64,000 nucleotides of DNA from Candidatus Eiseniibacteriota bacterium (GCA_963707915.1 OY970178.1:1248001-1312000); one strand, 5' to 3'; shown: positions 19,850 through 31,448, numbered from the stretch's first letter. Program-made: numbers and translations. The notes: generated from the sequence alone by a model not told the origin.

Positions 19850-20263
19850 TGGCGGTCCTTTGGGCGTGTTCACCTGCACGCGGTCTCCCACTCGAAGCGG
19901 CCGGTAGAGCACAAGGGACAGACCTGCGACCATGTTGCCCAGAGTATTCTGCGCGGCGAGGCCCACGACGATCGAGACGACGCCGACTCCCGCAAGCAGC
20001 GCTGTCCCCAGGGCACGCAGTTCCGGAGTGAGATGGGCGTAGAGAATGGCTGCGAGCAGATACGTCAGAACCTGAGCGAACGCGCTGCCGAAACGGAGGC
20101 CGGTCACGTCAGACAGCCGCGAGGCGACTTGTCGCACGACCCTGCGGATCGCGATTGCCACCACAGTGGCGATCCCCATGAACACCGCGCCCCAGGTGAG
20201 TGCGCCGGCCAGCGTCTTGGGATTGAGCAGATCACGCCGAACTGAATCAAGTAGGTGCTCCAT
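19845..20263 (-). pseudogene. Truncated MscS mechanosensitive channel
   Basis: GLAAQNTLGNMVAGLSLVLYRPLRVGDRVQV then lost; C-terminal domains absent. Confidence 0.75.
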
Positions 20264-20519
20264 GTACTCTCTCTCCGTTCGTCAGGCTGCGCCGGTGCTT
20301 CATGGCCTGCGAGGTGCAGACCGCGCGTTGCGAAGTGCCCGTGCGGGTCGGCTCAACGGCTTCACCTGCGGCGCGACGCATGTGAACTCCATGGGTTCCG
20401 GCGCTGGATCGCGCCAGTCGTTAGGGTCGGCCATGGACCCGATTGGGGCCATAGTCGGCGGCGAGCCAATCCAGGATGTCCCAAGTTGCGAACCGTGCGA
20501 TGAAACTCATAGGAAGACT

Positions 20520-21050
20520 CTAGGCCCTCAGCCGCTGCAGGGCCTTCCTGGCTGATCGCCGCGCTTCGGACCCCGGGTCGGTCCCGTCGAGGGCGGCCAC
20601 TACCGGGGACACCAGGTCCCTCAGATCAGTTCTCGCCAGGTCGTGGAGGACGTGATGTGCGCCTTCCCTCAACCACACCAGATCGGATGGCTTCGTCAGC
20701 GCTTCAAGCAAGGGAACCAGCGCGTCGCGACCGATGGCGATCAGTCCTTCCGCGGCCAACCAGCGAACTTCGGAACTTTCGTCCTCCAATGTGGCTACGA
20801 GCGCAGGGGCCGATCTGGAATCTGCAATGTCAGCCAGGGCCTTTGCGGCTTCCCAGCGCACGTCCTCCTTTGGGTCTTTCAGCAACGGGATCAGTAGGTG
20901 CACCGCCGGGCCACCAACAAGCGTCAGGGCAGTGCGCGCCTTGCGGCGTACCATCCCATTCCGACTTCGAAGATCGGCCAGACTTGATTCGATCTCGAAT
21001 AGAGCCCCGCGTGAACCCGGAGCCGATTTCTCCTTCCTGGGTCTTGTCAT
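20520..21050 (-). CDS. HEAT-repeat (PBS lyase-like) protein
   Basis: Repeated LxDxxxxVRWxAAxAL. Confidence 0.8.
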   Translation of the reverse strand: MTRPRKEKSAPGSRGALFEIESSLADLRSRNGMVRRKARTALTLVGGPAVHLLIPLLKDPKEDVRWEAAKALADIADSRSAPALVATLEDESSEVRWLAAEGLIAIGRDALVPLLEALTKPSDLVWLREGAHHVLHDLARTDLRDLVSPVVAALDGTDPGSEARRSARKALQRLRA

Positions 21051-21189
21051 TCCAGTCTCTCCAATGGAAGGGCCAGGGCCGTTGTGCCGGTGCCGCTCGC
21101 ATCGACGCGATTCGCCGAGCCTTCCGGGTCCTCAGCGTCCAGGGCTGGTGCGTCTGGCTCACATCACGACGTTGGCCCCCGACCTGCAC

Positions 21190-21624
21190 TTAGCGCCTGA
21201 CCACCATGACGCTGCACGTTGCGTGCGCCACGACATGCGCGGCAACGCTTCCCATCAGCAATTGCTCGAGCCCGGTGCGACCATGTGAGCCCACGACGAT
21301 CAGGTCGACCCCCTCTCGTTTCGCCTCCTCGAGGAGAGCCTGACGCGGGTCTCCTTCGATCAGGCGCCCTTCGGCCTGCAGGCCCGCCCCCCTGAGCGTC
21401 TCCTGACTGCGCGTCACCAGTTCCTCCTGGGACTCCCTGATCCCTTCCACCATCCAGGCAGCTCTCACCGCCGCGGAGGGTTCGTACGCTCCGAAACCGG
21501 TCGCGGCCGGCTCCAGCGACGAGACGACCAGGATTCGGGTCTCCGCCGGCCATGACAGCTTCTGCACGAATTCGAGCGTGACGCGCGAATGGGGTGAATC
21601 GTCCAAGCCTATCAGCACCTTCAT
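21190..21624 (-). CDS. Universal stress protein
   Basis: MKVLIGLDDS, DLIVVGSHGRTG, GSVAAHVV. Confidence 0.92.
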   Translation of the reverse strand: MKVLIGLDDSPHSRVTLEFVQKLSWPAETRILVVSSLEPAATGFGAYEPSAAVRAAWMVEGIRESQEELVTRSQETLRGAGLQAEGRLIEGDPRQALLEEAKREGVDLIVVGSHGRTGLEQLLMGSVAAHVVAHATCSVMVVRR

Positions 21625-21767
21625 ATGACCTCCGTCGCAAGTTGTGCTTGCCATCCATCACGCCTATCGCGATCCCCCACACCGGCGCGATCGCAATCTG
21701 GTCCTGAGCCCATCCCAGTGGTGTTCATAAGAGGCTCGAATCCTCTGCCCTCCGCTGACGAGTCGGA

Positions 21768-23834
21768 CTACCGGCCGAGTACGGCCTTCGCCGTCTTGAC
21801 TACGTGCTCCACGGTGAATCCGTACCGGGCCATTACCTCGGGTCCTGGCGCCGACGCGCCGAAGCGATCCACGCCGATGATCGCGCCGCCCGGCCCGACG
21901 TAGCGTTCCCAGCCGAACGGCGAGCCCGCCTCCACACTGACCCGCGCGTGCACCGCGGGCGGCAGCACCGCGTGCCGGTACTCGGCGGATTGCGCCTCGA
22001 ACAACTCCCACGACGGCATCGACACGACGCGGCTCCGGATGCCCTCGCCCGCGAGTTGCCGGTGCGCATCGAGCGCGAGAGAGATCTCCGAGCCGGTCGC
22101 GATCAGAATGAGTTCCGGCGGTCCCTTGCCCGCGTCGATCAGGACGTAGGCGCCACGCGTGGTGCCAGTGGCGGGGGCGAGCGTGGTCCGGTCGAGCACC
22201 GGGAGCTTCTGGCGGGTGAGCACCAGCCCCACCGGCCCAGCCGTGTGCTGCATCGCGATCCGCCACGCCTCGACCGTTTCGTTCGCGTCCGCCGGCCGCA
22301 GCACCAGCAGGTTCGGCATCGCTCGCAGGCTGGCGAGCTGCTCGACCGGCTGATGCGTCGGGCCGTCCTCGCCGACCGCCAGGCTGTCGTGGGTCCACAC
22401 GTAGATCACGTGCGCGCCACTCAGAGCGGCCAGCCGGATGCTCGGCCGCATGTAGTCGGAGAACACCAGGAAGGTCGCCCCAAACGGCACCACGCCACCG
22501 TGATGTGCCATGCCCGTGAGGATGGCGGTCATCGCGTGCTCGCGGATCCCGATATGGAGGTTCCGTCCCGCGTAGCCCCACACGCCGCCCGCCTCTCCCT
22601 GCGTCGGCGGGGTCTGCCCGTCCTCCAGTACGGCCGCGCTCTGGAAGTCGCCCTTCCCCTTGAGCATCGTCATTGTCGACGGATCGAGGTCCGCCGACCC
22701 GCCGACGAGGTTCGGCACGGATTCGGCCAGCGCCCTGATCACCTTGCCACCGGCGTCCCGCGTGGCGACGGCGCCGTCCTGGGGCGTGAATTCCGGAAGT
22801 CGGGCGTCCCACTGCGGCGGGAGTTGTCCCGCCATCACCCGGTCGAACTCACCGGCGAGGTCCTCCTCTGCCGTGCGGTATTCGTCCATCGCCCGCTGCC
22901 AGGCGGCGCGCATCGCCGCACCTCGCTCGCGGACCTTGTCGAATTCTCCTTGTGCCTCCTCCGGCACGTAGAACGTCCGATCGTCGGGCCAACCGTAGGC
23001 CCGCTTCGTCAGCCGCGTCTCCTCCTCGCCCAGTGGCTCGCCGTGGGCCTGGCAGGTGTCCTGCTTGTGCAGGCTCCCGAACCCGATGTGCGTGCGCGCC
23101 ACGATGAGAGACGGCCGGCGGTCGTCGGCGCGGGCCGCCACGAGCGCCGCGTCGATCGCGTCCACGTCCATGCCGTCCACGCGCTGCAAGTGCCACCCGT
23201 ACGCCCTGAATCGCGCGCCGACGCCTTCCGAGAAGGTGAGGTTCGTGGTCGCGGAGAGGGTGATGCGGTTCGCGTCGTAGAGCACGATGAGTCGGCCGAG
23301 ACGAAGGTGGCCGGCGAGAGACGCCGCCTCCGAGGCGATTCCCTCCATCAGGTCGCCGTCGCTCGCGAGGACATAGGTCCGGTGGTCCACGATCGTGTGC
23401 CCGGGCCGATTGAAGGTGGCGGCCAGCCAGCGTTCCGCGATCGCCATGCCGACGGCATTGCCGACACCCTGGCCCAGCGGCCCCGTGGTCACCTCGAGAC
23501 CGGGGGTGACTCCACGTTCGGGGTGACCGGGTGTCCGGCTGCCCCAGCGCCGGAAGTTCTTGAGGTCGTCGAGCGTGAGGTCGTACCCCGTCAGATGGAG
23601 CAGGCTGTAGGGCAGCATGCTCCCGTGCCCCGCCGAGAGGACGAATCGATCCCGATCGACCCAGGTCGGTCTCGCGGGGTCATGCCGGAGATGGCGCGTC
23701 CACAGCACGTAGGCCATGGCCGCCGCGCCCATCGGCAGTCCCGGATGTCCCGATGCCGCCTTCTCGATGGCATCAATGCTGAGCGTGCGGATGGTGTTGA
23801 TGCACAGCCGGTCGAGGTCGGACAGGGGCGGCAT
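21768..23834 (-). CDS. tkt: Transketolase
   Basis: [38 protein letters not shown]; start placed after AAGGAGG. Confidence 0.96.
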   Translation of the reverse strand: MPPLSDLDRLCINTIRTLSIDAIEKAASGHPGLPMGAAAMAYVLWTRHLRHDPARPTWVDRDRFVLSAGHGSMLPYSLLHLTGYDLTLDDLKNFRRWGSRTPGHPERGVTPGLEVTTGPLGQGVGNAVGMAIAERWLAATFNRPGHTIVDHRTYVLASDGDLMEGIASEAASLAGHLRLGRLIVLYDANRITLSATTNLTFSEGVGARFRAYGWHLQRVDGMDVDAIDAALVAARADDRRPSLIVARTHIGFGSLHKQDTCQAHGEPLGEEETRLTKRAYGWPDDRTFYVPEEAQGEFDKVRERGAAMRAAWQRAMDEYRTAEEDLAGEFDRVMAGQLPPQWDARLPEFTPQDGAVATRDAGGKVIRALAESVPNLVGGSADLDPSTMTMLKGKGDFQSAAVLEDGQTPPTQGEAGGVWGYAGRNLHIGIREHAMTAILTGMAHHGGVVPFGATFLVFSDYMRPSIRLAALSGAHVIYVWTHDSLAVGEDGPTHQPVEQLASLRAMPNLLVLRPADANETVEAWRIAMQHTAGPVGLVLTRQKLPVLDRTTLAPATGTTRGAYVLIDAGKGPPELILIATGSEISLALDAHRQLAGEGIRSRVVSMPSWELFEAQSAEYRHAVLPPAVHARVSVEAGSPFGWERYVGPGGAIIGVDRFGASAPGPEVMARYGFTVEHVVKTAKAVLGR

Positions 23835-23845
23835 GCGAGCCTCCT

Positions 23846-24544
23846 TCATGGGCGTGACCGGGTTCCCGCGGCGGCTGCGTCTGCAACGATCAGCGCACGG
23901 TCGCCCGGTATCCGGCTGGCCGGAATGGAGTCGTCGCCCCGGCGCAGGCTGTCCAGGATCGCGGTCTTGTCGGCCCCCGTCACCAGCCAGAGGATGCGCC
24001 GGGCACGGTGGAGCACTGGGAAGGTGAGCGTCATCCGTCGGTACCCCTGGTAGGGACCGGTCGGAGAAACGTCGACATCATCGACGGCGAGCACCGGATC
24101 ACCCGGGACGAGCGAGGCCGTGTGTCCATCGGTCCCGAGCCCGAGGTGCACGAGATCCAGGATCGCCGGGTCCCCAGCCACGGTCCTGAGCCCTGCAGCG
24201 TACCTCGCGGCGGCCCCGTCGAGATCCGCCTCCTCCACGGGCATGGCATGGAAGTGTCCTTCGGGCAGCTGGACGCGCGACAGCAGGTTCTCATTGAGAT
24301 GCACCAGGATGCGATCAGGGTGACCGGCCGGCACCAGGCGTTCATCGACCTGGAACAGATGGACATTCGCCCAGGGCACGTCTTCCTCCGCCAGACGAGC
24401 AAGCATCCGCCAGGGAGTCGAGCCGCCGCTCGTCGCCAGGAGAGCCCGGCCGCGTAGCGCCACCGACGCCCGGGCCTCCCTCGCGATGAGTGCCGCCGCC
24501 CTGCGGGCCGCAGAATCGACGTCGGGCAGGACCTCCATCCTCAT
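23846..24544 (-). CDS. pgl: 6-phosphogluconolactonase (copy 1)
   Basis: [27 protein letters not shown]. Confidence 0.9.
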   Translation of the reverse strand: MRMEVLPDVDSAARRAAALIAREARASVALRGRALLATSGGSTPWRMLARLAEEDVPWANVHLFQVDERLVPAGHPDRILVHLNENLLSRVQLPEGHFHAMPVEEADLDGAAARYAAGLRTVAGDPAILDLVHLGLGTDGHTASLVPGDPVLAVDDVDVSPTGPYQGYRRMTLTFPVLHRARRILWLVTGADKTAILDSLRRGDDSIPASRIPGDRALIVADAAAAGTRSRP

Positions 24545-25125
24545 CGGTCCCCCCCGAGATGGCACACCTCGTTCCAACACCGGATCAAGCGCTGTTCGCC
24601 ATCGTGGCCGAGTACGCTCAGGGAACCGGTGTCGAGCGCCAGAATGCGGCCCCCGCGTGCCGGCAGCCCCAGCCAACGCGCGGCCAGGATCCTCAGGAAG
24701 TGCCCGTGGGCGAAGAGTGCAACCTCCCCACCGACGGCGAGCGCCTTGGCGATGACGCGATCTGCGCGCTCGCCGACCTGGTCGACCGTCTCGCCCCCCG
24801 GGACCACGCCGTCCCAGATGGTCCAGGCAGCACTCTCAGCGCGGATCTCGTCCGTGGTGCGTCCCTCGTAGACGCCGTAGTCCCACTCCCGGAGGTCATC
24901 GTCGGCGTGAGCGATGTCTCCGTATCCCGCGATACCGCAGGTCGCGCTGGCGCGGTCCAGGGGGCTCGTGAGGACCAGACTGAAGTGGCGGCCAGCGAGC
25001 CTCGACTGCAGGCGTGCGCCCTGCTGCCGGCCGTGCTCGGTGAGAGCGATGTTGGTACGTCCCGTGTGGCGACCCGATACGCTCCACTCCGTGTCGCCGT
25101 GCCGGATGAGCCAGAGTTCGAGCAT
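24541..25125 (-). CDS. Histidine phosphatase family protein
   Basis: LIRHGDTEWS, EWDYG, AHGH. Confidence 0.9.
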   Translation of the reverse strand: MLELWLIRHGDTEWSVSGRHTGRTNIALTEHGRQQGARLQSRLAGRHFSLVLTSPLDRASATCGIAGYGDIAHADDDLREWDYGVYEGRTTDEIRAESAAWTIWDGVVPGGETVDQVGERADRVIAKALAVGGEVALFAHGHFLRILAARWLGLPARGGRILALDTGSLSVLGHDGEQRLIRCWNEVCHLGGDR

Positions 25126-25145
25126 CTTCGATCTCCGCCCCGCCG

Positions 25146-25738
25146 CTACGGCGACTCCGGTGGTTCGAGCCAGCCCCCCGGGACGATGGCCTGCGCCTCG
25201 ACAGGGCCCCAGGTGCCGGGCTCGTACAAGACCGGCATCTCCTCGTCCCTGAGCAACGGGTCGACGATTCGCCACGCCTCCTCGACGTAGTCCTGACGGG
25301 CGAACCGGAATGTCTCGCCCTTCATGGCGTCCCCGAGCAGTTCGGCGTAGGGTCGGTCTCCGCGCCGTCATGCTCGTGGGTCGCGATGAGTTCCAGGTTG
25401 CGCCCCCTCTCCCTCTCGCCGCCTTCCCTCACGGTGGCGCCGAGCGCGATGGTGAACTCGGGCCTGAGCCGGAAGCGCACATGGTTCGGCGTCAGCGGCG
25501 CCAAGTCCGCGATCGTCTGGTCCAGCACGGCGGCGGGCACCATCATCCAGATGGCCCGCGGCGCGGAGAGCCGCTTCACGAACTCATCCAGCGTGGCCGC
25601 CCCGACGGCGCCCTCGTGCGCCAGCGCCTGCGCCACCTCTGGCACCCGGTCGAATACCACGCAGGTGTGTCCCGCGCGCATGAGGCGCCGCACCATGCTG
25701 GCGCCCATCCGACCGAGACCGATCATTCCCAGTTCCAT
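25146..25738 (-). pseudogene. gnd N-terminus fused by deletion to a frameshifted zwf C-terminus
   Basis: MELGMIGLGRMG...WMMVPA (Gnd) joins PNHVRFRL (Zwf) near 25490; frameshift near 25350; then [15 protein letters not shown]...YEPGTWGP. Confidence 0.85.
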
Positions 25739-25775
25739 GAACCCTCCACCGTCTTCTGATGCTCCCAGGGGGCCA

Positions 25776-26168
25776 TCAGACCCCTCCCGCCTTCATCGCC
25801 CGATGCGCCGCCCCGATCAATGGCGCCCGGTCGTTCACGATGACGCGGACCGGCATCGCCTCGAGCAGGGGGCGGAGGCGCCCCTTTCCCAGGAAGCGGG
25901 CCAGGAAGATCTCGTGGGCCCGCGAGCGCCACGCCTGCCGGACATCCGCTCCGCCGACGAGGAGCTTCCGCGCGATGCCGCCCCCCAGGTAGACTCCGGC
26001 CGTGGCCATCGTCCGGAGCGCCCAGTTCCCCGCCTCGGCGCCGTAGATCCCCAGGAACAGGTCAACGGACCGGGCGCAGCGGGCGCATCGCCCGTCCACC
26101 CCGGCCTCCGCGACGGCTTCCGTCGGGCCGCGGCGATTCATCTCTTCAGTGAGCCAGGCGGGTTCGTC
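25776..26168 (-). pseudogene. glk: Glucokinase 3' part (IS-interrupted)
   Basis: YGAEAGNWAL, GVYLGGGI, FLGKGR. Confidence 0.85.
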
Positions 26169-27447
26169 GGTAGCGTCAAGAGTCATGTGTCAGGAGGAAG
26201 GGGGCTGAGGTTCCGGCCTTGTGGTTTTCGTAGGTGAAGACGGCGAACAGGATGCGCTCCATGGAGGTGCGGTCACTGAAGACCCCCATGGGGCGCGTTC
26301 TTCTGCGGACCTCGCGGAAGCGGCGTTCGATGGCGTTGGTGGTGCGGGTGGCCTGGCGCCAGGCGGAATCGTCGAAGGCGAAGAACGCCAGCAGGTCCTC
26401 GAGGTCCTGCTGCAGGCAGCGGACCGCGGCCGGGTAGCGGGTGTGCCAGCGGTCGACCAGGTGCCGGGCGGCCGCTCGTGCAGTGGTGCGGTTGACTGCG
26501 TGGCTGATGCGGTGCAGGTCGCGCTTGACCCGCTCGCGGTCGGTGTCTCGCACCTTGTCGAGGATGTTGCGGGTCTTGTGGGCCCAGCAGCGGCCGACCC
26601 GGACCCGCGGGTAGACCAGCGGCAGCGCGGCGAGCAGACCGGCACCGCCATCGGTGGCGATCAGGGTGAGGCCCTCGCCGGTGAGCCCGCGGGCATAGAG
26701 ATCGTTGAGGAACGCCTCCCAGGCCGGCTGGCTCTCGGCCGGGGCGAGGCGGAAGTCGAGGATCTCCTTCTTCCCGGCGAGCGTGATCCCGAGCGCCACC
26801 AGCACGGGCCGGCGCAACGCCCCGGCGCCGCTCTTGCGGGCCAGCACCACGCCATCGAGCAGCACGGCCCGGTAACGGTTGGCGAGCGGGCGACGATGGA
26901 ACGCGGCGGCCGCCTCATCCAGGCCCCGCGCCACCCGGCTCACCGTCGCCGGGCTGACCCGCTCGCCCAGCAGGGGCAGCAGCGCCTCGCCCACCTTGCG
27001 GGTCGAAAGCCCGAGGACGAAGCCGGCCAGGATCACCCGCTCGAGTTGGGGCACCCGCCGGGCATAGCGGCCCAGCACGGCGACCGCGCTGTAGGTCCGG
27101 GAGCGTGGCACCTGCAACTCCAGGACGCCGACCTCATGCCACAGCCAGCGGCGGTAGCTGCCATTGCGGCGGTCAGCGACCCCGGCCGCGGCCAGTTCGG
27201 CGATCCGGTTGCCCACCAGGCCGTGCATCCGCTCCTCGATCACCCGCCGGACCGCGGCCTGGCTCGCCTGCCTCAGCTCGTTCCACTCCGGCGCCTGCAC
27301 CGCCATCGACTTGAGCATCCGCACCGCCTGCTTCACACTGCGCACCGCAGCGACCTGCTGCATGGGGGTACCTCCTTGAGGTGGTTGGCCCTGCCTCTGT
27401 TGGAGTACCCCCTTCCTTGTCCCTGACACAAACACTGGTACATCACC
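26169..27447 (-). mobile_element. IS256-family insertion sequence, 1279 bp, 8-bp target duplication
   Basis: GGTTCGTC at 26161-26168 and 27448-27455; imperfect terminal IRs GGT...TGTGTCAGG. Confidence 0.93.
26176..27363 (-). CDS. IS256 (Mutator) transposase
   Basis: RRNG, GLSTR, LLDG, TDG, RCWAH, TTNAIER; SD GGAGG. Confidence 0.93.
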   Translation of the reverse strand: MQQVAAVRSVKQAVRMLKSMAVQAPEWNELRQASQAAVRRVIEERMHGLVGNRIAELAAAGVADRRNGSYRRWLWHEVGVLELQVPRSRTYSAVAVLGRYARRVPQLERVILAGFVLGLSTRKVGEALLPLLGERVSPATVSRVARGLDEAAAAFHRRPLANRYRAVLLDGVVLARKSGAGALRRPVLVALGITLAGKKEILDFRLAPAESQPAWEAFLNDLYARGLTGEGLTLIATDGGAGLLAALPLVYPRVRVGRCWAHKTRNILDKVRDTDRERVKRDLHRISHAVNRTTARAAARHLVDRWHTRYPAAVRCLQQDLEDLLAFFAFDDSAWRQATRTTNAIERRFREVRRRTRPMGVFSDRTSMERILFAVFTYENHKAGTSAPFLLTHDS

Positions 27448-27455
27448 GGTTCGTC

Positions 27456-28079
27456 TCCACCCTCGCGGTCACGGAGAAATGAGTAGAGACTGAGGAGCCC
27501 GGGGCCGGACAGGACGCGCTCCACGCTCACGTGCCCGAAGCGGGCCTGGAGGTGCCGCAGCAACTCCATCTCGATCTCCTCGGCAGGAGCGAAGTCCGCG
27601 TGTCCTCCTTCGCTGGCGAGCGCCATGGCACCGGCCGGGCCCCGAATCAGGGCTGAGAACCCCAGGCCGGTGCCCGCGGCGATGACCGCGGCGTTCCCCC
27701 GGGTGCCGGAGCCTTCCTGAAGTGGCGCCAGGTCGACCGCCGCCAGACGCTCGACCGCCCAGGCATGTGCCTCGACATCGTTGAGCAGCACGACCGACGC
27801 CAGCCCGAGTCGCCGCGCGAGACTCCTTCCGTCGATCAGCCAGGGAAGATTCGTCGTGTGCACCTGCCCCCCCACGACCGGTCCGGCCACGCCGAAGCCG
27901 GCCGCCTGGAGGCGTGAAGCCCCTCCGCTCAGGAAGTGTTCGATGATTCCGTCGAGCGAGTCGTGATCGCGGCTGGGATAGGTCGCGAATCGAACGAACT
28001 CCAGCACGCCCTGCTTCTCCTCCAGGAGTGCCAGGTTCGTCTTCGTCCCACCGATGTCGCATGCCAAGATCATCGTCAC
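27456..28079 (-). pseudogene. glk: Glucokinase 5' part (IS-interrupted)
   Basis: CDIGGTKT, GVAGPV, TNLPW, LLND, GTGLG, SEGGH, ERVLSG. Confidence 0.88.
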
Positions 28080-28194
28080 CCGCCTCTATGTTGTCGCATT
28101 CGTCATGGCGGGCGCCGGCCATGGTCCGGCTGGTCCGTGCCCGGCACCCCGCAGCCCGGCGCGATCCAGCCGCGCGCCGGCCTGCCATAGGACC

Positions 28195-28977
28195 TCACCC
28201 GCCATGCGAGAAGTCCGGGTAGTCCGTCATGCCCCCGTCCACGAAGACCGTCGTGCCGGTGACGTAGGCGGCGGCGTCAGACACCAGGAGCACGGCCATC
28301 CGAGCGATCTCCTCGGGCGTACCCATGCGGCCCATGGGGATCTTCTCCATCAGGTCCGCGTAGAGCCCGGGGTCCTTCCACACGCTCTCGTTGATCGAGG
28401 TCCGGACCGCCCCAGGCCCGAGCGCCAGGACCCGCACGCCGAAAGGCCCGGCTTCCTGTGCGAGCGTCCGGGTCAGCATGCCGAGGCCCGCCTTGCTCGC
28501 GGTGTAGGCGCTGTACCCGGACCACGGGATCACCTCGTGAACCGAGGTCAGGTTGAGGACGACCCCCGACTTCTGCGCGATCATGCGCCGCAGGGCCTCG
28601 CGGGCGCAGAGGAATGCGCCCACGAGGTTCACCTCGAGAACGCGCCGCCATTGGGCCGGGTCGGCCTGCCAGCCTCGCGCCGAGGGGCCATCGATGCCCG
28701 CGTTGTTCACGAGGATGTCCACGCCGCCGAGAGCCTGGTCGAGTTGCGCGTACATCCGCTCGACCTGCACCGCATCCGCGACGTCGGCGGACACACCGAG
28801 GGCCTCCCCGCCCCCTTGCCGGATCTCTTCGACCACGGCCTGGGCCTCTTCCGGCCTCACCACGTAGTTCACGGCCACGCGAGCCCCCGCCGCGCCCAGG
28901 GCGAGGGCGATCGCGCGGCCGATCCCGGAGTTGGCGCCCGTCACCAGCGCCCGCCTTCCGTCGAGTCGGATGTCCAT
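28195..28977 (-). CDS. SDR, glucose 1-dehydrogenase-like
   Basis: TGANSGIG, NNAG, SVHEVIPW, YTASK, FVDGG. Confidence 0.88.
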   Translation of the reverse strand: MDIRLDGRRALVTGANSGIGRAIALALGAAGARVAVNYVVRPEEAQAVVEEIRQGGGEALGVSADVADAVQVERMYAQLDQALGGVDILVNNAGIDGPSARGWQADPAQWRRVLEVNLVGAFLCAREALRRMIAQKSGVVLNLTSVHEVIPWSGYSAYTASKAGLGMLTRTLAQEAGPFGVRVLALGPGAVRTSINESVWKDPGLYADLMEKIPMGRMGTPEEIARMAVLLVSDAAAYVTGTTVFVDGGMTDYPDFSHGG

Positions 28978-29009
28978 GCTGAGTCTCCCCGTGGCCAACG
29001 TCTGTCGGG

Positions 29010-31448
29010 TCAGGTCCCCGGCGCCGCGATGCCGGCATCGGGTGCTTCGACGACCTGGATCTCGAAGTCCCTGCCCTCCCAGCGATCCACTTCCTGCCAA
29101 TGGAAGGTGAAGCGTACCGTCGTGCCCACCGGCAGATCACTCGTAAGCAGGTCCACGACATGCACGCCCAGGCCGGTGTCGCGACTGTCGGTATCGTGGA
29201 CGCTCTTCCAGTCGTCGGGACTCCAGCGAACCCGAGCGGGCGCCAGGAGCTCCAGACGGAGCGTCTTCGCTTTCTCCAGCGTGCGGCGCTTGTGGTTGAA
29301 ACGCCAGGTCGCGTGGGGGGAGCGGGTGCGCGCCACCTGGTAGCGCTGGACCGTCTGCGGGGGCATGTCGAAGACGCGCCCGTCACGGATCGAACGCAAC
29401 AGCTTGACGTACTCCGCGTGCGCCCAGACCAGGGGCATCGCGGATCCCGACGGTCGGCCGGAGAAGAGCTCCTTCTCCGGGATATCGGGCGCGTCCCAGA
29501 CCTGTTCGGGCAGCAGACCTCCCTCGTTGGCGAAGCGGCCGAACGCCTGGAGCAGTTGCTCCGCATCCTCCCGCCGCCCTGCTGCCAGTTCGTAGTGCGC
29601 GCGTTCGCCCACGAGCAGGGGCCAGACCCGCCCGGTACCGGTTCCGTCGAAGGCGCTGCCATCTTCATGCTCGCCGTAGCCGTCGTCGTTGTAGCGGTGC
29701 CAAGCGGGCCCGCACGGTGTGTCCACCCGGAGCATGGCGTCGATGACCTTCACGGTGTCCGTGATGCGGGGATCGTCGGGCGCTCGGAGACCGAAGCGCA
29801 CCAGAGCCAGAGCATCGAGACTGACAATGTGCGCCACGGGGAATTCGCTCTGCCCCGGCGGACGGTTCTTGATGGGCACGAACCCGCCTGCCGGCGATGC
29901 GGCGTCCGCCGATTCGCAGGGGGCGATGCGAACGTAGTACCCGCGCACCCCCAGGTCGAGGCAGAGAGCGGTGCCCGTCACGTAAGTCCAGCGTTCGACG
30001 CAGCTGTTCCAGGCGTCCGCGGTCTCCTGCAGGAAGCCGACCACGCCTGGTTCCCCGTTGAGCTGCGCCAGGTCCGCAGCGGCCAGCAGGGCCGCGATCT
30101 CCACCGCCAGCGTGAAGGGCGAGTATCCCGGGTCCTCCTCCCAGCGATCCTGCTGCGTCACCGGGCCGTTGCAGGCGACGAAGCCGGCTGCGCGCCTCAC
30201 CATCGGCCATAGCTGGCGCAACTCCTCGTCGTCGAGGGCGCCCTCCCGGCGCGCGAGATCGACGAGCAGGATCGGGAATGCGGTCTCGTCCATCTGGATG
30301 CCGTGCCAGTACGGTGTGCCGTCGAGCCACATGTTCTGCGGCCAGTGTCCGTCGGCCTCCTGGGTCACTTGGAGATAGAGCAGCGCGCGACGGACGTCAT
30401 CGCGGGCCCCGGCGGCCAGCAACCCGCCCACCGATTCCACCAGATCCCGCGGCCAGACCAGGTGGTAGCCGCCGAGATCGTCGTCGCCCTTGGCGAAGCC
30501 CCAGGGAATCGAGAGGCTGGCGATCAGACCTCCCGGCAGGCGCTTCGATTCGTGGGTGCGCAGGACGATCGTGCTCGCGCGGAGGAGACCCGGGCGCGCC
30601 GGCGGGGGTTCCGGCAGGGCTTGCAGGCCCTGCTGCCACTCCAGCCAGCCGCTCACGTACTCGTTCCTGGATCGCTCGAATCCCCGCCTGAGGCTCGCCG
30701 AAGCGCGTCCGGCGGCCTCCGCCGGATTGCGGCCGAATCCGAGCGCCAGCAGGAAGAGACCCTCACAGGACTCGAGGTCGACCTCACCACAGAGCGCGAC
30801 GTTGCCGTTCTCCGCCCGCCGGTAGGTCCAGGCCATCAACCTGTGGCGAACCAGATCCTGCCAGCCGTCGGACACTCCCACGAACCCGGCCGACCGCCTG
30901 CGCCAGGGCGCGGAGCAGGCGAGCGCCAGCGCGGTGGCACCGCGCTCGGCGAGGAGCATCGGCACGCCCTTGTACTCCCCGACCCAGGCGGTGTTTCCCG
31001 CGCCATGATTCGCGAGGTGAGGGGCCAGGAGCACGTGCAGGTGATAGTCCGCCAGGGCTCCCTGGAGGGGGACGAAACGCGTGCGTTGCAGTACGACGTC
31101 AGAGCGAGGGTCCGTGATGATGTCCTTCTCGATCTGATAGCGACCCTCCAGACAGCGGTTGATCAGATGGTGGGCGGGCACGCCGTCCACGGGATACGTG
31201 ACCTCCGATCGTGCGTGGCGCTTCTCCTCGGAGAAGAAACCACGGCCGTCCGTCACGATCAGGCCAAGGTCGCGCGTGCAGGCTTGGTCGACCTCGGGGT
31301 AGTAGATCTCGTTCATGATCCCGTGGCTGAGCGTGAACCACACGCGGCTGTGGGGACTCAGGGACGTACCGATGCCGCTCTTGGCGCTCGAGGTCCAGCG
31401 CGGCGATCCACCGGGCCAGCCTGGGGCAAGACCGTCGTGCTCATCCAT
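29010..31448 (-). CDS. Glucoamylase/glucodextranase-like GH15
   Basis: LSHGIMNEIYYP, YHLVWPRD, QMDE, DRWEE, LPEQVWD, PLVWAHAEY. Confidence 0.9.
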   Translation of the reverse strand: MDEHDGLAPGWPGGSPRWTSSAKSGIGTSLSPHSRVWFTLSHGIMNEIYYPEVDQACTRDLGLIVTDGRGFFSEEKRHARSEVTYPVDGVPAHHLINRCLEGRYQIEKDIITDPRSDVVLQRTRFVPLQGALADYHLHVLLAPHLANHGAGNTAWVGEYKGVPMLLAERGATALALACSAPWRRRSAGFVGVSDGWQDLVRHRLMAWTYRRAENGNVALCGEVDLESCEGLFLLALGFGRNPAEAAGRASASLRRGFERSRNEYVSGWLEWQQGLQALPEPPPARPGLLRASTIVLRTHESKRLPGGLIASLSIPWGFAKGDDDLGGYHLVWPRDLVESVGGLLAAGARDDVRRALLYLQVTQEADGHWPQNMWLDGTPYWHGIQMDETAFPILLVDLARREGALDDEELRQLWPMVRRAAGFVACNGPVTQQDRWEEDPGYSPFTLAVEIAALLAAADLAQLNGEPGVVGFLQETADAWNSCVERWTYVTGTALCLDLGVRGYYVRIAPCESADAASPAGGFVPIKNRPPGQSEFPVAHIVSLDALALVRFGLRAPDDPRITDTVKVIDAMLRVDTPCGPAWHRYNDDGYGEHEDGSAFDGTGTGRVWPLLVGERAHYELAAGRREDAEQLLQAFGRFANEGGLLPEQVWDAPDIPEKELFSGRPSGSAMPLVWAHAEYVKLLRSIRDGRVFDMPPQTVQRYQVARTRSPHATWRFNHKRRTLEKAKTLRLELLAPARVRWSPDDWKSVHDTDSRDTGLGVHVVDLLTSDLPVGTTVRFTFHWQEVDRWEGRDFEIQVVEAPDAGIAAPGT

